The notes: generated by a model from the letters alone, not told the origin. A DNA stretch of 64,000 nucleotides from Tetramitus jugosus (GCA_937625935.1 OW569392.1:186001-250000); one strand, 5' to 3'; counted from the stretch's first letter, positions 1-11,023 are shown. Numbers and translations: made by a program.

Positions 1-154
1 TCACCCTCATCAGACTTGCTCCCACGACCCCAGATCATTGATGATGCAAGAGAAAGGGAAGCATTCAGGAGTGGAGAAAACAAGATCATTCTTGTGTTGT
101 TGTTTGCGTCGTCAGTCAACGAGAGGAGAAGACAATTGTGTGATTTGTTTTTGA
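1..154 (+). CDS. Possible 3' end of an upstream gene (partial; ends ...FLCCCLRRQSTRGEDNCVICF*)
   Basis: Frame 2 is open from the window edge to TGA 152-154, with AATAAA near 185. Frame 1 is also open (to 159), so the frame is uncertain. Confidence 0.3.
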   Translation, partial: HPHQTCSHDPRSLMMQEKGKHSGVEKTRSFLCCCLRRQSTRGEDNCVICF

Positions 155-288
155 ACTAGTTGATTTTTATTGTCTGACGACATAAATAAAGCCAAGGGTG
201 TCGTCTTTTATCCCAAGACATAGTTCCTAATAATTATTAAGTAATTTGTGTGTTTGGATTGATTGGGTTGGTAATTTGATGTGTGAGC

Positions 289-3200
289 CTAGCACTTTTG
301 TTGCTGAGTCGTATCAGCATAAGTGCACAATGAGTAAACCTTGAAACCAGTGTTGATGGTCAAGAAGGAGCTATCACCACTATCCATCTCGACACCACCA
401 TCCATAGGTACTTCGCCAAATGTATTCACAGGAGATTTCGACAAAACGTCATTAATGTTCCACAGCTTAACAGTACGATCATATGATCCACTGGCAACAA
501 CGTTTGGTGCATAAGGAACAAGACACTTGACAGCATTCGAGTGACCATAGAGTGTTGACATGCATGACCATGAACCTCCACGAATTGAAGTAGATCTGTA
601 ATCCCATAACTTGATAGTTTGATCCTTTGATCCACTCACAAGGACGTTATTGGAATAACATAAACTTAAGACTCCACTTTGATGTGCCTTTACACTCTTC
701 GAAAGGCCAGTATTTCCAGCAGCGGATTGACTGATAGGTGCTCTCATATCATATGCCTTAATAACACCGTCGTAGGTACCGCAGTACAATAAGCCTTGCT
801 CTGCGTGATAATACAGAGACAAAACAAATGATGTGTTCTCATACTTCAACAAGCATTTGCCCTTCTCTACGTCCCACATGCGCACAGAGCGATCACCACT
901 ACCACTGAACAAGAATTGATCATTGGTGGAGCAGAGAACATTGATCCAATCAGTGTGACCGTTCAATGTCTTGACACATGTTTGCTTGTTCAGATCCCAG
1001 ATACGAATCTTGTGGTTGGTTGGTCCGTCTTTGGAACCACTGACCAAGTTTCTTCCGTGAGTGCACAAGGCACCAACCTTGCCCTCACATCCGTGCAAAA
1101 TAGCCTTGCAATCACCAGTTTCAAAGTCCCAGAGACGAATACTTGTATCGCCGGAACCACTGCAAATATATCCCTCTTGGGAGTGGAGAGCACTGACAAA
1201 GCGAGTGTGTCCCTTGAGTGACAGAGTACACACATCCTCCTCCAAATAAATATTGGTTCCAGTAGTGGAGTTTTGAATTGCAGAGTCAGTGTCCCAAACT
1301 TTGATACTTCCAACACCACCGCCAGCCAAGAGGAACAATCGACCATTGCTGCAGCTGCTACCGACCTCTACAGACGGCTTCAAAGGAGAAACAATGGCAT
1401 TGGAAGACGCAGCAGCAGCAACAGAAGGAGCAGAGTTGCTACCGTTGTTGCCAGTATTGCTGGCTGACAATTTGTTCATTGTTGGTGGAGTGTTGATGGT
1501 GATATTGGGAATAGTAGTGGAGGAGCCCATGGGTCCACCACCACTGCTACCACCAGCATTAGGATTCATCATCATGCCCATCATTGGTGAATGATGTTGG
1601 TTGTTGAGCATCTTATTGTTGTTCCTAGGTGAAATTTGATTTTCATGAGTGATACCAACAATGGATGAATAACCTCCGGAAGAAGGCTTCATCATGCTCG
1701 ACATGGACGCTCCTACAGAGTGGAATCCAGTACCTTCAACAGATGTTGGACTTCCGGCTCTGCTGCTGTGATTGCTGCGTGGTGGAGAAATTGTCTTATC
1801 ACAATTGTTCATGATGGAACCAATGTGCAACTCGTGAGTACCGACAAGAGAAGGACCCAACATCATTCCACCACCTCCCAATCCATTCATACTCTGGTTT
1901 GAAAATTGTTGTTGATGGTGAGAGAGATGGTGATGAGAGAGGTGATGATTATGATGGTGATGAGAGAGAGGTAGAGAGTGTGAAATGAGGTGTTGCTGAT
2001 GTTGTTGCTGTTGCTGCTGCTGTTGCAACGAGTGGTGATGGTGATGAGGAGGTGGAATCCCATGATAATTCTTCAATTGATGCAATCGAGAACCGCCTCT
2101 TTCACCACTATTATTCATACTATTATTATTATTGTTGTTGTTATTATTTACACCGCTATTGTTACCACTCGTACCCATATTATTGTTATTGTTATTGCCT
2201 CCAGGGACCATTGACATGTGATCAGTGCCCATAAAAGAATCCATTGCAATCATGCCCTTTGTAACAAGTGGTGATGCATTCGATGGAGTAATCAATGGAG
2301 TCAACGGACTGTTGAGTGACTCCTTACCAAACAGACTGACAAACGTGCTGGCTGAAGTAGCACCTGCATTGGCAGTCGTGGCTCTATCCAACTCAATTTT
2401 CAACGAGTTAATCTGTTGACTCAATTGCTGTTGTTGTTGCAAGAGTTGCACAATGAAAACATCCTTTTCTTCGCATGATTTCTTCAATGATCCACAGAGA
2501 TTGTTGAGTTGAGAGATTTGATCTTGAGCTTGGTTCATGCATACTTGAAAAATGCCCGAAAAGGAACAATCGGATTGTAAATGAGTAAATAATTGTTCGC
2601 GTGGACCCTTCCAGTGACAACCATAGTTTCCTAGAGTGCACGAAACAATTTGTTTGCCGCATGATGTCTGCATGTGTTGATCCATCAACTCAAACTCAAC
2701 TAAATGACCACAACTATTTGGACATCGCATGATATGTGTTGAATTGGCCTATTTTGGATTTGTTAACTTGTTTGTTAGCTTCAACACATGAAACGAGGGA
2801 AAAAAAATGCAAATTTCTCGATCAACACAAAAAAAATTCCAAGAATGGCAGTAGCACAGTAGGGAGTAGTCGACGACTTGAAAAATGCGAACCACAGTCA
2901 CGATAAGTACCTAATGAATTCTTCTTCTTTGTCTAAAAATCAAAAATGTAAACGGACAGTGGTCGGGGAGAGAAGCTCTAGTAGTTGTTTGATGTGCTTC
3001 TTTGCTAACCAAAAATTTGTTGATGCGTTCAAAAACGAAAAAAGCTTTTCTTAGAAACGATTCTCTTTTTCCTTTGTTGATGTTGTTGTTGTGTTGGAGC
3101 TAATAAATTAAGTTGTTTTTTGGTTGATGAGTTGCCGATTATTCTTACTATTATTGTTGTTATTGTTGTGTGAGAGCTAGTGTGCAATTTAGTTTGCAAG

Positions 3201-3823
3201 TTGGAATGGAAGGTGTGATTCTTCAATGGACGGACTCACACAACACAGTGAGGTGTTTTTTTCGTGTGAACGGACTTCACTCCCCGACACTAAATTTTCA
3301 CAGGCATACATCAAACAGGAGAAAAACAGACCCCTCCTTTGCACAAAGAAGGTCTTTGATACACTTGAAGAAAATCGTGGATTCGCAAAATTTCCCTACT
3401 GCCATTTTGGAGTTTACAAAAAAAGAGTTGTTGTGATGCAAGAAAAAATGATGGTTGTGAAGGACTTACGATTTGTTGAACAACTGGGTTGTGAGTGAAT
3501 TGCTCATCCAGAGCTTTCATGTTTCTCACTGGTTGATCACACTTTGGACAAGCTTGAGAAACATTCTTCAAATGCTCAATGAGGTCTTCCCAGTTAAACA
3601 ATGAGTGACAATCTTTGCATTCCCTATTGTTCTTGAGTGTTGATTGACTCAAAGAACAAACGATGATTTCTCTCAACGGCTTTGATTGGAGTTCTGGACT
3701 TAATTTCGACAACCAAGCTGGTGAAATAGTTGGTGATGTTTCGTTCTGTTGATTGCAACCCTTGGTGGAGGGTGGTGCAGGGCTGGCAACAGGTGCTGGT
3801 GTATTAATGAAGATCGTTTCCAT
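289..3823 (-). CDS. TRAF7-like protein: degenerate RING + TRAF-type zinc finger + coiled coil + low-complexity linker + WD40 propeller; exons 3823-3470 and 2748-289
   Basis: Exon 1 has C-S-L-S...ECKDCH..F...CPKC. Donor GTAAGT at 3469, branch CTAAC near 2776, acceptor TAG ending at 2749; the phase-0 join reads NPVVQQI|ANSTHIMRCPNSCG...H...C...C...GC...HLQSDC. C-terminal GH...SGS.D..I++WD repeats. Confidence 0.85.
2749..3469 (-). other. 721-nt spliceosomal intron containing nested inverted repeats (predicted long hairpin)
   Basis: GT..AG ends and an in-frame join of RING to TRAF finger. Complementary pairs: 2838-2854/3396-3411, 2886-2895/3377-3387, 2924-2932/3343-3351, 2958-2975/3275-3291, 3026-3043/3257-3272, 3164-3174/3235-3245. 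Confidence 0.75.
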
Positions 3824-4703
3824 GGTTGATGATTGATTCGTTGATTTGGTTTCTTTCAGTTGAGTAATGGGAATTGCTGCTTGTATTTACAATGTATGGA
3901 TGGATGGCCAATAAATAGTGAATTAACCTGAAACAATCAATGAATGACGCGTACGAGAGTCCTATAATGAGCTATTCTTTGAATGTGTCGATTGGCAGTG
4001 ACTTGAAATACTCTTTAGCGCTCTTCCTTGGCTTGTGAGTTGGTGGTCATAAGTAATACCCGTAACTTGGTAAACGAAAATAGAACGGAGGGATTTCTTC
4101 ACCGATCCTTTGTTGTCCAAAGATGATTGTAAAATTTCCCCACGGGACGTTCACATACAAAAAATAACCTTTTTCTTTTAGAACTGAAACAGAAACGTTG
4201 TAAACAATTTCTGGTCAACTGAAAAACCTCCTTCAACGAAGTAGAGTGGTTCGCCATGAAAAAAGGTGCCCAACATGGAGTCTTAATCTCTCTTGTGCTA
4301 AGCATACTATATGCTTTGCTCCAATAACTTTCAGGTTACGACGAGAAGTCCGTTGAACAGCACTGGCATGAACCAGTTCTGCCAACCTTGTTTGGACGCT
4401 CACCTCCCATGAGGCCTGCACTTTCTGCATTCAGTGTCGAGAGAATTTAGCCCACAGCTGTAGTGTTACGCTCCTTAAGCGCATCGTATGTTTACTGTGA
4501 TAGGAGTCTAACTCCATGTCAAGCATATTATCAAGCCAATTCCAATCGATTTGAACAAAACGTCTTGACGACGGCGAAATAAATATGGTTTTTGTATTGC
4601 CGTGATCAATTCTTCCCGCCACAAAAAAGCAAAAACTCTTCGCTGATCAAAATCACCAAGACCAGCAACCATATCTAACTATCCATCACACAAAACACAC
4701 AAA

Positions 4704-6656
4704 ATGAAGAAAAGGAGAGCAGTAAGAAGAAACACGAGTTCCAACAAGGAGCAAAAACTTGATGGTAGTGACTCCTCAGCTTCCACAACACCAGTCGAAA
4801 AACACACACTATTTCTCACACTTCCCATCTCTTATCAAGTTCATCACTATGATGCAGATGAGGTCGATGTGAGATGGCTAAAGGAAATTAACTCAAAAAT
4901 TGCTCTAGGTGACAAATTAGCAGAGATTTTGCATTTGAAATCATCTGATGGTATTGCAATGCCAATTGTTCATGCATTGTCACATATTGATGGTACTCTG
5001 ACTGCTCAAGCAAGCAAATCTGAGATTCAATCTCAGTTTTCAAATGAATTTCAATGGAATCAACACATGGTCAACTACTCGAGTGACGATTCATCTATTG
5101 TTCCTCCACCACTCAAAGAATGGAGAATTACAGTGGGAGAAGCAATCGGATGTGCACACGATCAAACGTACATGGACATTTGTTTGAGTTGTGGAAAATC
5201 AATTGCCAATCTCACACCCGATCAGAAAAAGGTCTATGGTGCAAAGGTTTCGGTCATGCATGGAGACAACAAGTTCCAAATGAAGCAGACGGATGCTCGG
5301 CAGATTGATATTGAGCATCAGAAGAAATTGTTGAGTGTTCATAAAAAGTTGGTGTTGGTTCTCGATATTGATCATACTTTACTGCAAGCCATGTCGTATG
5401 ATCCTGTTATTAAGGCCTATGATTTTTTGAAACAGTGCGGAGATGAGCTGACATCGTTTGCAGAGATTGGAGGAATGAGACTTGGAAAGAATTGGCGTCA
5501 TATTCTCAAACTTCGTCCCCATTTGAGACAATTTTTGGAAGACATGTCAAAATTGTGTGAATTGCATATTTTCACGCATGGTGATCGATTGTATGCGGAT
5601 TCTGTGGCCGAGGTGCTCGATCCAACGAAAAAATTGTTTGGAGATCGAGTCATTTCGCGTAATGAGATGGAAGAGAAGAGCAAGAAGACATTGAATCATA
5701 TTTTCCCGGCTGGTGATCAAGCTGTAATGATTGTGGATGATAATCTTGGTGTTTGGAGAGGTCATGAACCAAATGTGTTTCACATTGTGCCCTATATACC
5801 GTTTGAGCTTCATTTCGGTATAACGAATCGAGAGGTAAATAATCAGGCTGGAGGAAAACTGTCTCAGAGCGAGCCTTCAAAAATGCTTGACCTTAACTTA
5901 TTCCCAAAGAAAATGAAAGAGATTGATCGTAAGGAGAGCGATAATCAGTTAGAAGTTCTGTCATCGATGATCAAACAGATTCACGAGAAGTTTTTTGAGA
6001 GATATGATGCAGGTGATCGTTCTGTTCACGTGAAAGACCTCATGATACAAGCCAAGTCAAACATACTCAAGGATGTACATTTGCTGTTTAGTGGTATTAT
6101 CCCATTGGACACGGATCCGAATACGAATCGTCTCTGGAGACTGGCACAAAGAATGGGAGCAGCTTGTTATACCAAGTGGCGTGACGAAGTACCCATCTCG
6201 CATTTAGTGATCTCCCAAAGAGATCCCAATAACATAACAGATAAGGTCAAAAGAGCAGAGCAGACTCCAGGTCTGTTCATTGTACATACTTCTTGGATTG
6301 AGGAATGCTATCGGTATAATATGCGGTTGAACGAAGTGGACTATCTGATGATTACGAGTGGTGTTTATCTACCGATTACAAGGCACTACCACGTCGTCGG
6401 TGAGGCTGCTTCTTCATTCCAGGAAGCTGCTCAACAACTGATGATTGAGATGCGCAGAGCTCACTTTAAGCTTCACGAAGTCGTCGAAGATGACTTTTCT
6501 GATCTGGATGAATTGTCTGATGTCTCCTCTGCAGAAGATGAAGCATCTGACAGTGCTGAAACTCCTCTCACACCTGCTGCAGAAGAAGGCAATTCAGACG
6601 AAGAGGAAGACTCTGGTGACGAATTCCTCTCCCTGCTCGAACAATCGGGACAATAA
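4704..6656 (+). CDS. FCP1: RNA polymerase II CTD phosphatase FCP1/CTDP1
   Basis: LVLDIDHTL (DxDxT), KLRPHLRQFL, FGDRVISR and VMIVDD motifs; C-terminal BRCT domain (LLFSGIIP...SHLVI...VHTSWIEEC); acidic tail. Confidence 0.93.
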   Translation: MKKRRAVRRNTSSNKEQKLDGSDSSASTTPVEKHTLFLTLPISYQVHHYDADEVDVRWLKEINSKIALGDKLAEILHLKSSDGIAMPIVHALSHIDGTLTAQASKSEIQSQFSNEFQWNQHMVNYSSDDSSIVPPPLKEWRITVGEAIGCAHDQTYMDICLSCGKSIANLTPDQKKVYGAKVSVMHGDNKFQMKQTDARQIDIEHQKKLLSVHKKLVLVLDIDHTLLQAMSYDPVIKAYDFLKQCGDELTSFAEIGGMRLGKNWRHILKLRPHLRQFLEDMSKLCELHIFTHGDRLYADSVAEVLDPTKKLFGDRVISRNEMEEKSKKTLNHIFPAGDQAVMIVDDNLGVWRGHEPNVFHIVPYIPFELHFGITNREVNNQAGGKLSQSEPSKMLDLNLFPKKMKEIDRKESDNQLEVLSSMIKQIHEKFFERYDAGDRSVHVKDLMIQAKSNILKDVHLLFSGIIPLDTDPNTNRLWRLAQRMGAACYTKWRDEVPISHLVISQRDPNNITDKVKRAEQTPGLFIVHTSWIEECYRYNMRLNEVDYLMITSGVYLPITRHYHVVGEAASSFQEAAQQLMIEMRRAHFKLHEVVEDDFSDLDELSDVSSAEDEASDSAETPLTPAAEEGNSDEEEDSGDEFLSLLEQSGQ

Positions 6657-6730
6657 AATTCCGCCAAACAAACTCCGAACTTCGATCACCAAAACAAACA
6701 ACAAGCAACCCTCAATCACAGAACAACAAC

Positions 6731-7426
6731 ATGGTTTACATTGCACAAAACGAAAAATTCATATCAGAAGTTGGAAAGCTTTATGATGCATGTAAGGACA
6801 AGAGATCCGTTTGGATGACATTCAAAAAGTGTACGTACATGACCATGCATAATCAACGAAATTATTCAAAAGCTCTCAAGTCGTGGTTAAGTTAAAAAGT
6901 GCATTTTTTGAACTGACACAACTATAACCTTGTTTTCTTTTTGAACCATTGATGATGACTATTGTTTTATATTGATTGGAATGGATGTTGAATAATGGAT
7001 GTTGTTTGGGGAAAATGTACATACATATGTGTGCGTAAATGAGTAGTCACTCCACAAGTACCAAAGCAAAAATCAAAGCAACAATTGGAAAAATCAGCAA
7101 AAGCAGCCGCTGCTTCAAACGAAACGAAAAAACCTGCGACAGCAACTCAGAAAAAAGCTGTCAAGCTACCAGAAGGCTGCCTCATTCGTGTTACTGATGG
7201 TCACAAGAAGAAATTGTCTACGATTGTACCACAAAAGAATTTGACCACATTCCAAGTTACTCTGTTCAATATTGTCAAGCAAAAGATGACAAATTTGAAA
7301 TCTGTGGAGAAGAAGGCTCCAGCAAAGACGAATGTTACTGCTGCAGCTGCTACGCAAGCTACAAAGACTACTGCTGCCAAGAGTGCTCAACAAGCAAAGG
7401 GCAAAACCTCATCCAAGAATGTATAA
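6731..7426 (+). CDS. SRP14: Signal recognition particle 14 kDa subunit; exons 6731-6830 and 7047-7426
   Basis: Exon 1, missed by the ORF track, reads MVYIAQNEKFISEVGKLYDACKDKRSVWMTFKK. GTACGT..TAG intron 6831-7046. Exon 2 has CLIRVTDGHKKKLSTIV and an A/K/T-rich tail. Confidence 0.88.
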
Positions 7427-7522
7427 TTTATCTATATTAGAAACAATAAAATAACATTGTATAACAAAAGTCGGAAGTGGAATAATACAATTAACAAACG
7501 TAAAAGAAAAGTAGTTCTTGTT

Positions 7523-8830
7523 TTACATCTTTCTCTTCTTGTTCTTCTTCTCATCATCAAGTGTCACAAAATCCTTTGTTAGCTTGTTGATACCGGCATA
7601 ACTCTTTCTCTTCTTTGCATTGTCTTCCTTTTGTTTCTCTTGTTGGTCCTTGACTCTTTGTTGTTCAGCCTTCTTCTTTGGAACCAAAGTAACAAGTTCA
7701 ACATCATAGTAGACGGTAGAATTTGGAGGGACCTTTTCTTCGATACCCTGAACACCAAAGGCTCTGTTTGGAGGTATCACAAGCTCTCTCTTTCCATTCA
7801 ATGTCATTCCTTCGACACCAATATTGATACCCTTGATCACCTTCTTTGAACCTAACCGGAAAGTAAACGGATGCTTCAAATTTGTCTTATCAAAGCACTT
7901 GTTTGCATCAGGGTTCAATCTTCCCTTGTACGCAACACCGACTCTGTCTCCGATTTGAGCTCTACGTCCATGACCGACCAACACATTGAAAATCTCGACA
8001 CCCTTTCTAATGAATTGCTTTGGATCAGTGTGATCTTCCTTCACCTTGTCTTCCTCCTCTAGATCCTTATCTCTAATCTTCTTGTTTCGTTCCATGAGTT
8101 GAATCTTCCATGGTGCGTGATCAGGGTCCTTTTCTCTCAACAAATTTTTCACCTTTTCTTCGTGATGATTGGTCAGCGCAATCTTTCTTGCGAGTTTCTC
8201 GTTTGGAGCCGTACCAGGAATCAAGAAATTACCAATCAAGTGAACCTTGCAGAATTTGCTGTCCAATTCTGGTCTTCCCTTCATTTCAAAAGTCAAATTA
8301 TTGATTTGTTCAGTGTCAAATCGATGATCAAGCTTTAGCTCTGTGCTTGCCTTGGTAGACAACGTGGCCACCACAAACTTTCTTCTCTTTTTTTCTTCTG
8401 GATCAAACAAGCAGACTTGCAAGGCACAACCATGAGGTTTCGTATCACCCAACTTACTATTGTACTTTAATTCCATGGATTGTCTTGCTTTCAAGTACTG
8501 TTCAACATGTTTTGGCATTGGAGCTTTGACACCTGTTGTTTTTTGTTCATTTAAAATTCGATCCAATTCTGCTTCATTGGCATTGATTTGTGCAGTGGAA
8601 CCCAACTGTTTTTTTAGCTCTACTTCTAGAATGGCACTGGTCACGTGTAAGAGTGATCCATCAGGTACCGTATCGAATGAAAAAGGTTCGTGTGGCTTCA
8701 CAACAATGGACCATGTGAGAATGGTGTCATCTTTGATCATTTTGACTTGTTCGAGGGGTTCGGAGAATTGAACGTGTTGTTCTTGTTTCTTTTGTTGTTG
8801 TTGCTTTTTGGATTTTTTGGTGTGGGGCAT
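7523..8830 (-). CDS. Nucleoplasmin-like domain + FKBP PPIase (Fpr3/Fpr4/FKBP53-type nuclear FKBP)
   Basis: N-terminal WSIVVKP..LHVTSAIL..FVVATLS..VHLIGNF. C-terminal FKBP motifs GDRVGVAYKGRL, PFTFRLG..VIKG, GKRELVIPP, VPPNSTVYYDVEL. Basic tail. First good ATG at 8830. Confidence 0.85.
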   Translation of the reverse strand: MPHTKKSKKQQQQKKQEQHVQFSEPLEQVKMIKDDTILTWSIVVKPHEPFSFDTVPDGSLLHVTSAILEVELKKQLGSTAQINANEAELDRILNEQKTTGVKAPMPKHVEQYLKARQSMELKYNSKLGDTKPHGCALQVCLFDPEEKKRRKFVVATLSTKASTELKLDHRFDTEQINNLTFEMKGRPELDSKFCKVHLIGNFLIPGTAPNEKLARKIALTNHHEEKVKNLLREKDPDHAPWKIQLMERNKKIRDKDLEEEDKVKEDHTDPKQFIRKGVEIFNVLVGHGRRAQIGDRVGVAYKGRLNPDANKCFDKTNLKHPFTFRLGSKKVIKGINIGVEGMTLNGKRELVIPPNRAFGVQGIEEKVPPNSTVYYDVELVTLVPKKKAEQQRVKDQQEKQKEDNAKKRKSYAGINKLTKDFVTLDDEKKNKKRKM

Positions 8831-9178
8831 GGTTGGTGTTTTAGGGTGAGAAGATGTGGTTGTTCGTTGTTGTGTGTGGTTTTGCTTTTCTGTGTGAAAC
8901 GCGTCGTTCTTTCTCTTGTGTGGAAATGAAATTTTGTGTCGCGCTTCAACAAAAAACATGAACTGTGAATTTGAGGTGAATACAATGGGTTTTCTCAAAG
9001 CTGTAAGAGTCAAGAACTGTGAATTATCAAGTCCATTCAGCTGATAAATGGAACATCTACGTCGATGAGTGAAGAACTGTTGTTGTCCTTCTCAAAGCAT
9101 TTTGCATGCTACACTTATTTCTCCGTAGATCTCCGGAAAAACTCCACGAAAAAAAAACGAAAGCAGTCTGTTGACAAC

Positions 9179-11023
9179 ATGCAACTACGAAAGAAATCAA
9201 CCTCAGCAGCAACTGAAGCTTCAACAACAACAACAACAACAACCACAACAGGAGATGAACTAGACGATAACATTGATGATATCGATTTCGAGTATCAACC
9301 ATCAGACAATGAAAATGACGAAAATGATGATGAAAACGACATAGAAGTCGAAGAAGAAGAAACAGAAGGACAAGTCACTACCAAATTATCATCATCAACA
9401 CCTAAAAAACCAACAACAACTACTCGTAAAAAGAAAACAACAACAACAAAACGAAAAACAACAAAAACGGCATCGAAAAAGAAAACTCCGAAAAGAAAAC
9501 AATCAACAAAGAAAAAGAATGGTGAAGATAGTGATGATCAAGATGATGATTACGAGTACAATGAATACAGTGATGAAGACAACATCAAGGCTGTAAAATC
9601 AACTTATTCGACTAAAAAACGATCCAATGTGTCAAGTGATGAAAATAGTGATGATAATGACGGTGATGATGATGAAGATGGTGAAGGAAATGATGGTGAA
9701 AGTGCCATGTTTGATGACTTGTATTTACCATCAGATGATGACAATGATGATCAAAATCAAAAATCAATCAAACAAACAGGAGTCAGTTTAGTAGACAACA
9801 AGTCAAATGGTGATGAACAAAAGAATGGTGAAACAATGATGGTCAATGACGAGAGTGAATCAACAACAACGGCAACAAGAAGGAGAAATAAGGGAAAGGG
9901 CAAAGCAGTGGATTACTCTGAGGAACCCATTGATTTGGCATCAGTGTTTGGTGAAGGTGCAGTTGACTATGATGATAAAACGGATGAAAAAAAGAGTAGT
10001 AAAAGTACTGAAAATGGTGGTGAAAATGCAGAAGAAGAAGATGATGGAGAATATAGAGAGAATGATGATGAAGAAGAGGAGGATAGTGATGCTGATGAAG
10101 ATGAAGAGGATGATGAGTTTGATGATGAATTCGAACCAGAAGAGGAAGAAGAAGAGGAAGAATTGATGAATCCAAATCAATTGGAACAAGTAGAGAAGGA
10201 CAGAGCAGCAATAAGAGATTTGGAACCAACGATTATACAAGAAGAGGTTTACATGTTGTACAATGATATGACAAAGGATGTGAAGGATGTGATTCGGGAC
10301 CATGGTAATTCTTCATCGAGTTCCGTGGGTGGATCTTTCTCATCTTCCTCTGGTTCTTCCTCTTCTTCATCATCCATGTCGGCAGCCTCTTCATCCTCAT
10401 CAAGCAGTAGTGGTTCACAAGAAAAACCTGCATCGAGTTCTGTCGATAGAGAAGAAAATCGTGATCTAAAGCGGATGTACGATAGCGTCGACGATTTCTT
10501 TAATCACATGAAGAGTAACGCACCACCAAGCAAGAAACCAAGAATGGAGACAAAACCAGTGACAACTCCAACTGTACAATTAACTCAGCCACAAGTCAGA
10601 TCAACCTCTGCCCCTGTCTATGTTGCTGGATCATCCAGTAGTAACACAAACAGTATTGATGACTTCTTTAACGAGATGCATCAATCAAGTCTGACGGTGT
10701 CTCAAAAGAGTGTTCTCACAGGATCGTCAATGGCACAAGAAGAAGCACCAAAGGTGGAAGTGGAGCAACGTCAGGACAGATTAAGTGCCATGATTGATCG
10801 GTTGCAGAAGAAACAGGTATCAACGATTCAAAAGAGTAAGATGGATTGGCAAAAGTATAAAACTGAACAAGGACTTGAAGAAGAGCTGCAACATGCCACA
10901 AAGGATGGTTATTTGGAGAAGCAAGCGTTCTTAACGCGAACAGAGCTTCGAGAATGGGAGAAGGATAGAGATTTGCGTAATCAAGAACGTGAGCGTCAAC
11001 GATGGGCTCAACAAAACAAATAA
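9179..11023 (+). CDS. CFDP1: BCNT-domain protein (CFDP1/Swc5, SWR1 complex subunit)
   Basis: C-terminal BCNT motif STIQKSKMDWQKYK..GLEEEL...KDGYLEKQAFLTR; long acidic/basic low-complexity N-terminus. Start at ATG 9179 is inferred. Confidence 0.85.
   Translation: MQLRKKSTSAATEASTTTTTTTTTGDELDDNIDDIDFEYQPSDNENDENDDENDIEVEEEETEGQVTTKLSSSTPKKPTTTTRKKKTTTTKRKTTKTASKKKTPKRKQSTKKKNGEDSDDQDDDYEYNEYSDEDNIKAVKSTYSTKKRSNVSSDENSDDNDGDDDEDGEGNDGESAMFDDLYLPSDDDNDDQNQKSIKQTGVSLVDNKSNGDEQKNGETMMVNDESESTTTATRRRNKGKGKAVDYSEEPIDLASVFGEGAVDYDDKTDEKKSSKSTENGGENAEEEDDGEYRENDDEEEEDSDADEDEEDDEFDDEFEPEEEEEEEELMNPNQLEQVEKDRAAIRDLEPTIIQEEVYMLYNDMTKDVKDVIRDHGNSSSSSVGGSFSSSSGSSSSSSSMSAASSSSSSSSGSQEKPASSSVDREENRDLKRMYDSVDDFFNHMKSNAPPSKKPRMETKPVTTPTVQLTQPQVRSTSAPVYVAGSSSSNTNSIDDFFNEMHQSSLTVSQKSVLTGSSMAQEEAPKVEVEQRQDRLSAMIDRLQKKQVSTIQKSKMDWQKYKTEQGLEEELQHATKDGYLEKQAFLTRTELREWEKDRDLRNQERERQRWAQQNK

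Noticed and set aside
2905-2940. Possible micro-exon (ag-ACAAAGAAGAAGAATTCATTAG-gtac, minus strand) within the long intron
   Set aside because: It is 22 nt, would shift the frame, and the direct exon 1-exon 2 join already gives a correct RING-to-TRAF linker. It cannot be excluded as a poison exon without RNA-seq.
3824-4703. Short ORFs in the divergent spacers (also 20920-21504 and 58466-59132)
   Set aside because: About 100 aa or less, mostly non-ATG starts and no motifs; best read as bidirectional promoter/UTR sequence.
6831-7046. C-box-like TGATGA in the SRP14 and PKA introns (intronic snoRNA?)
   Set aside because: No downstream CTGA D box or terminal stem.
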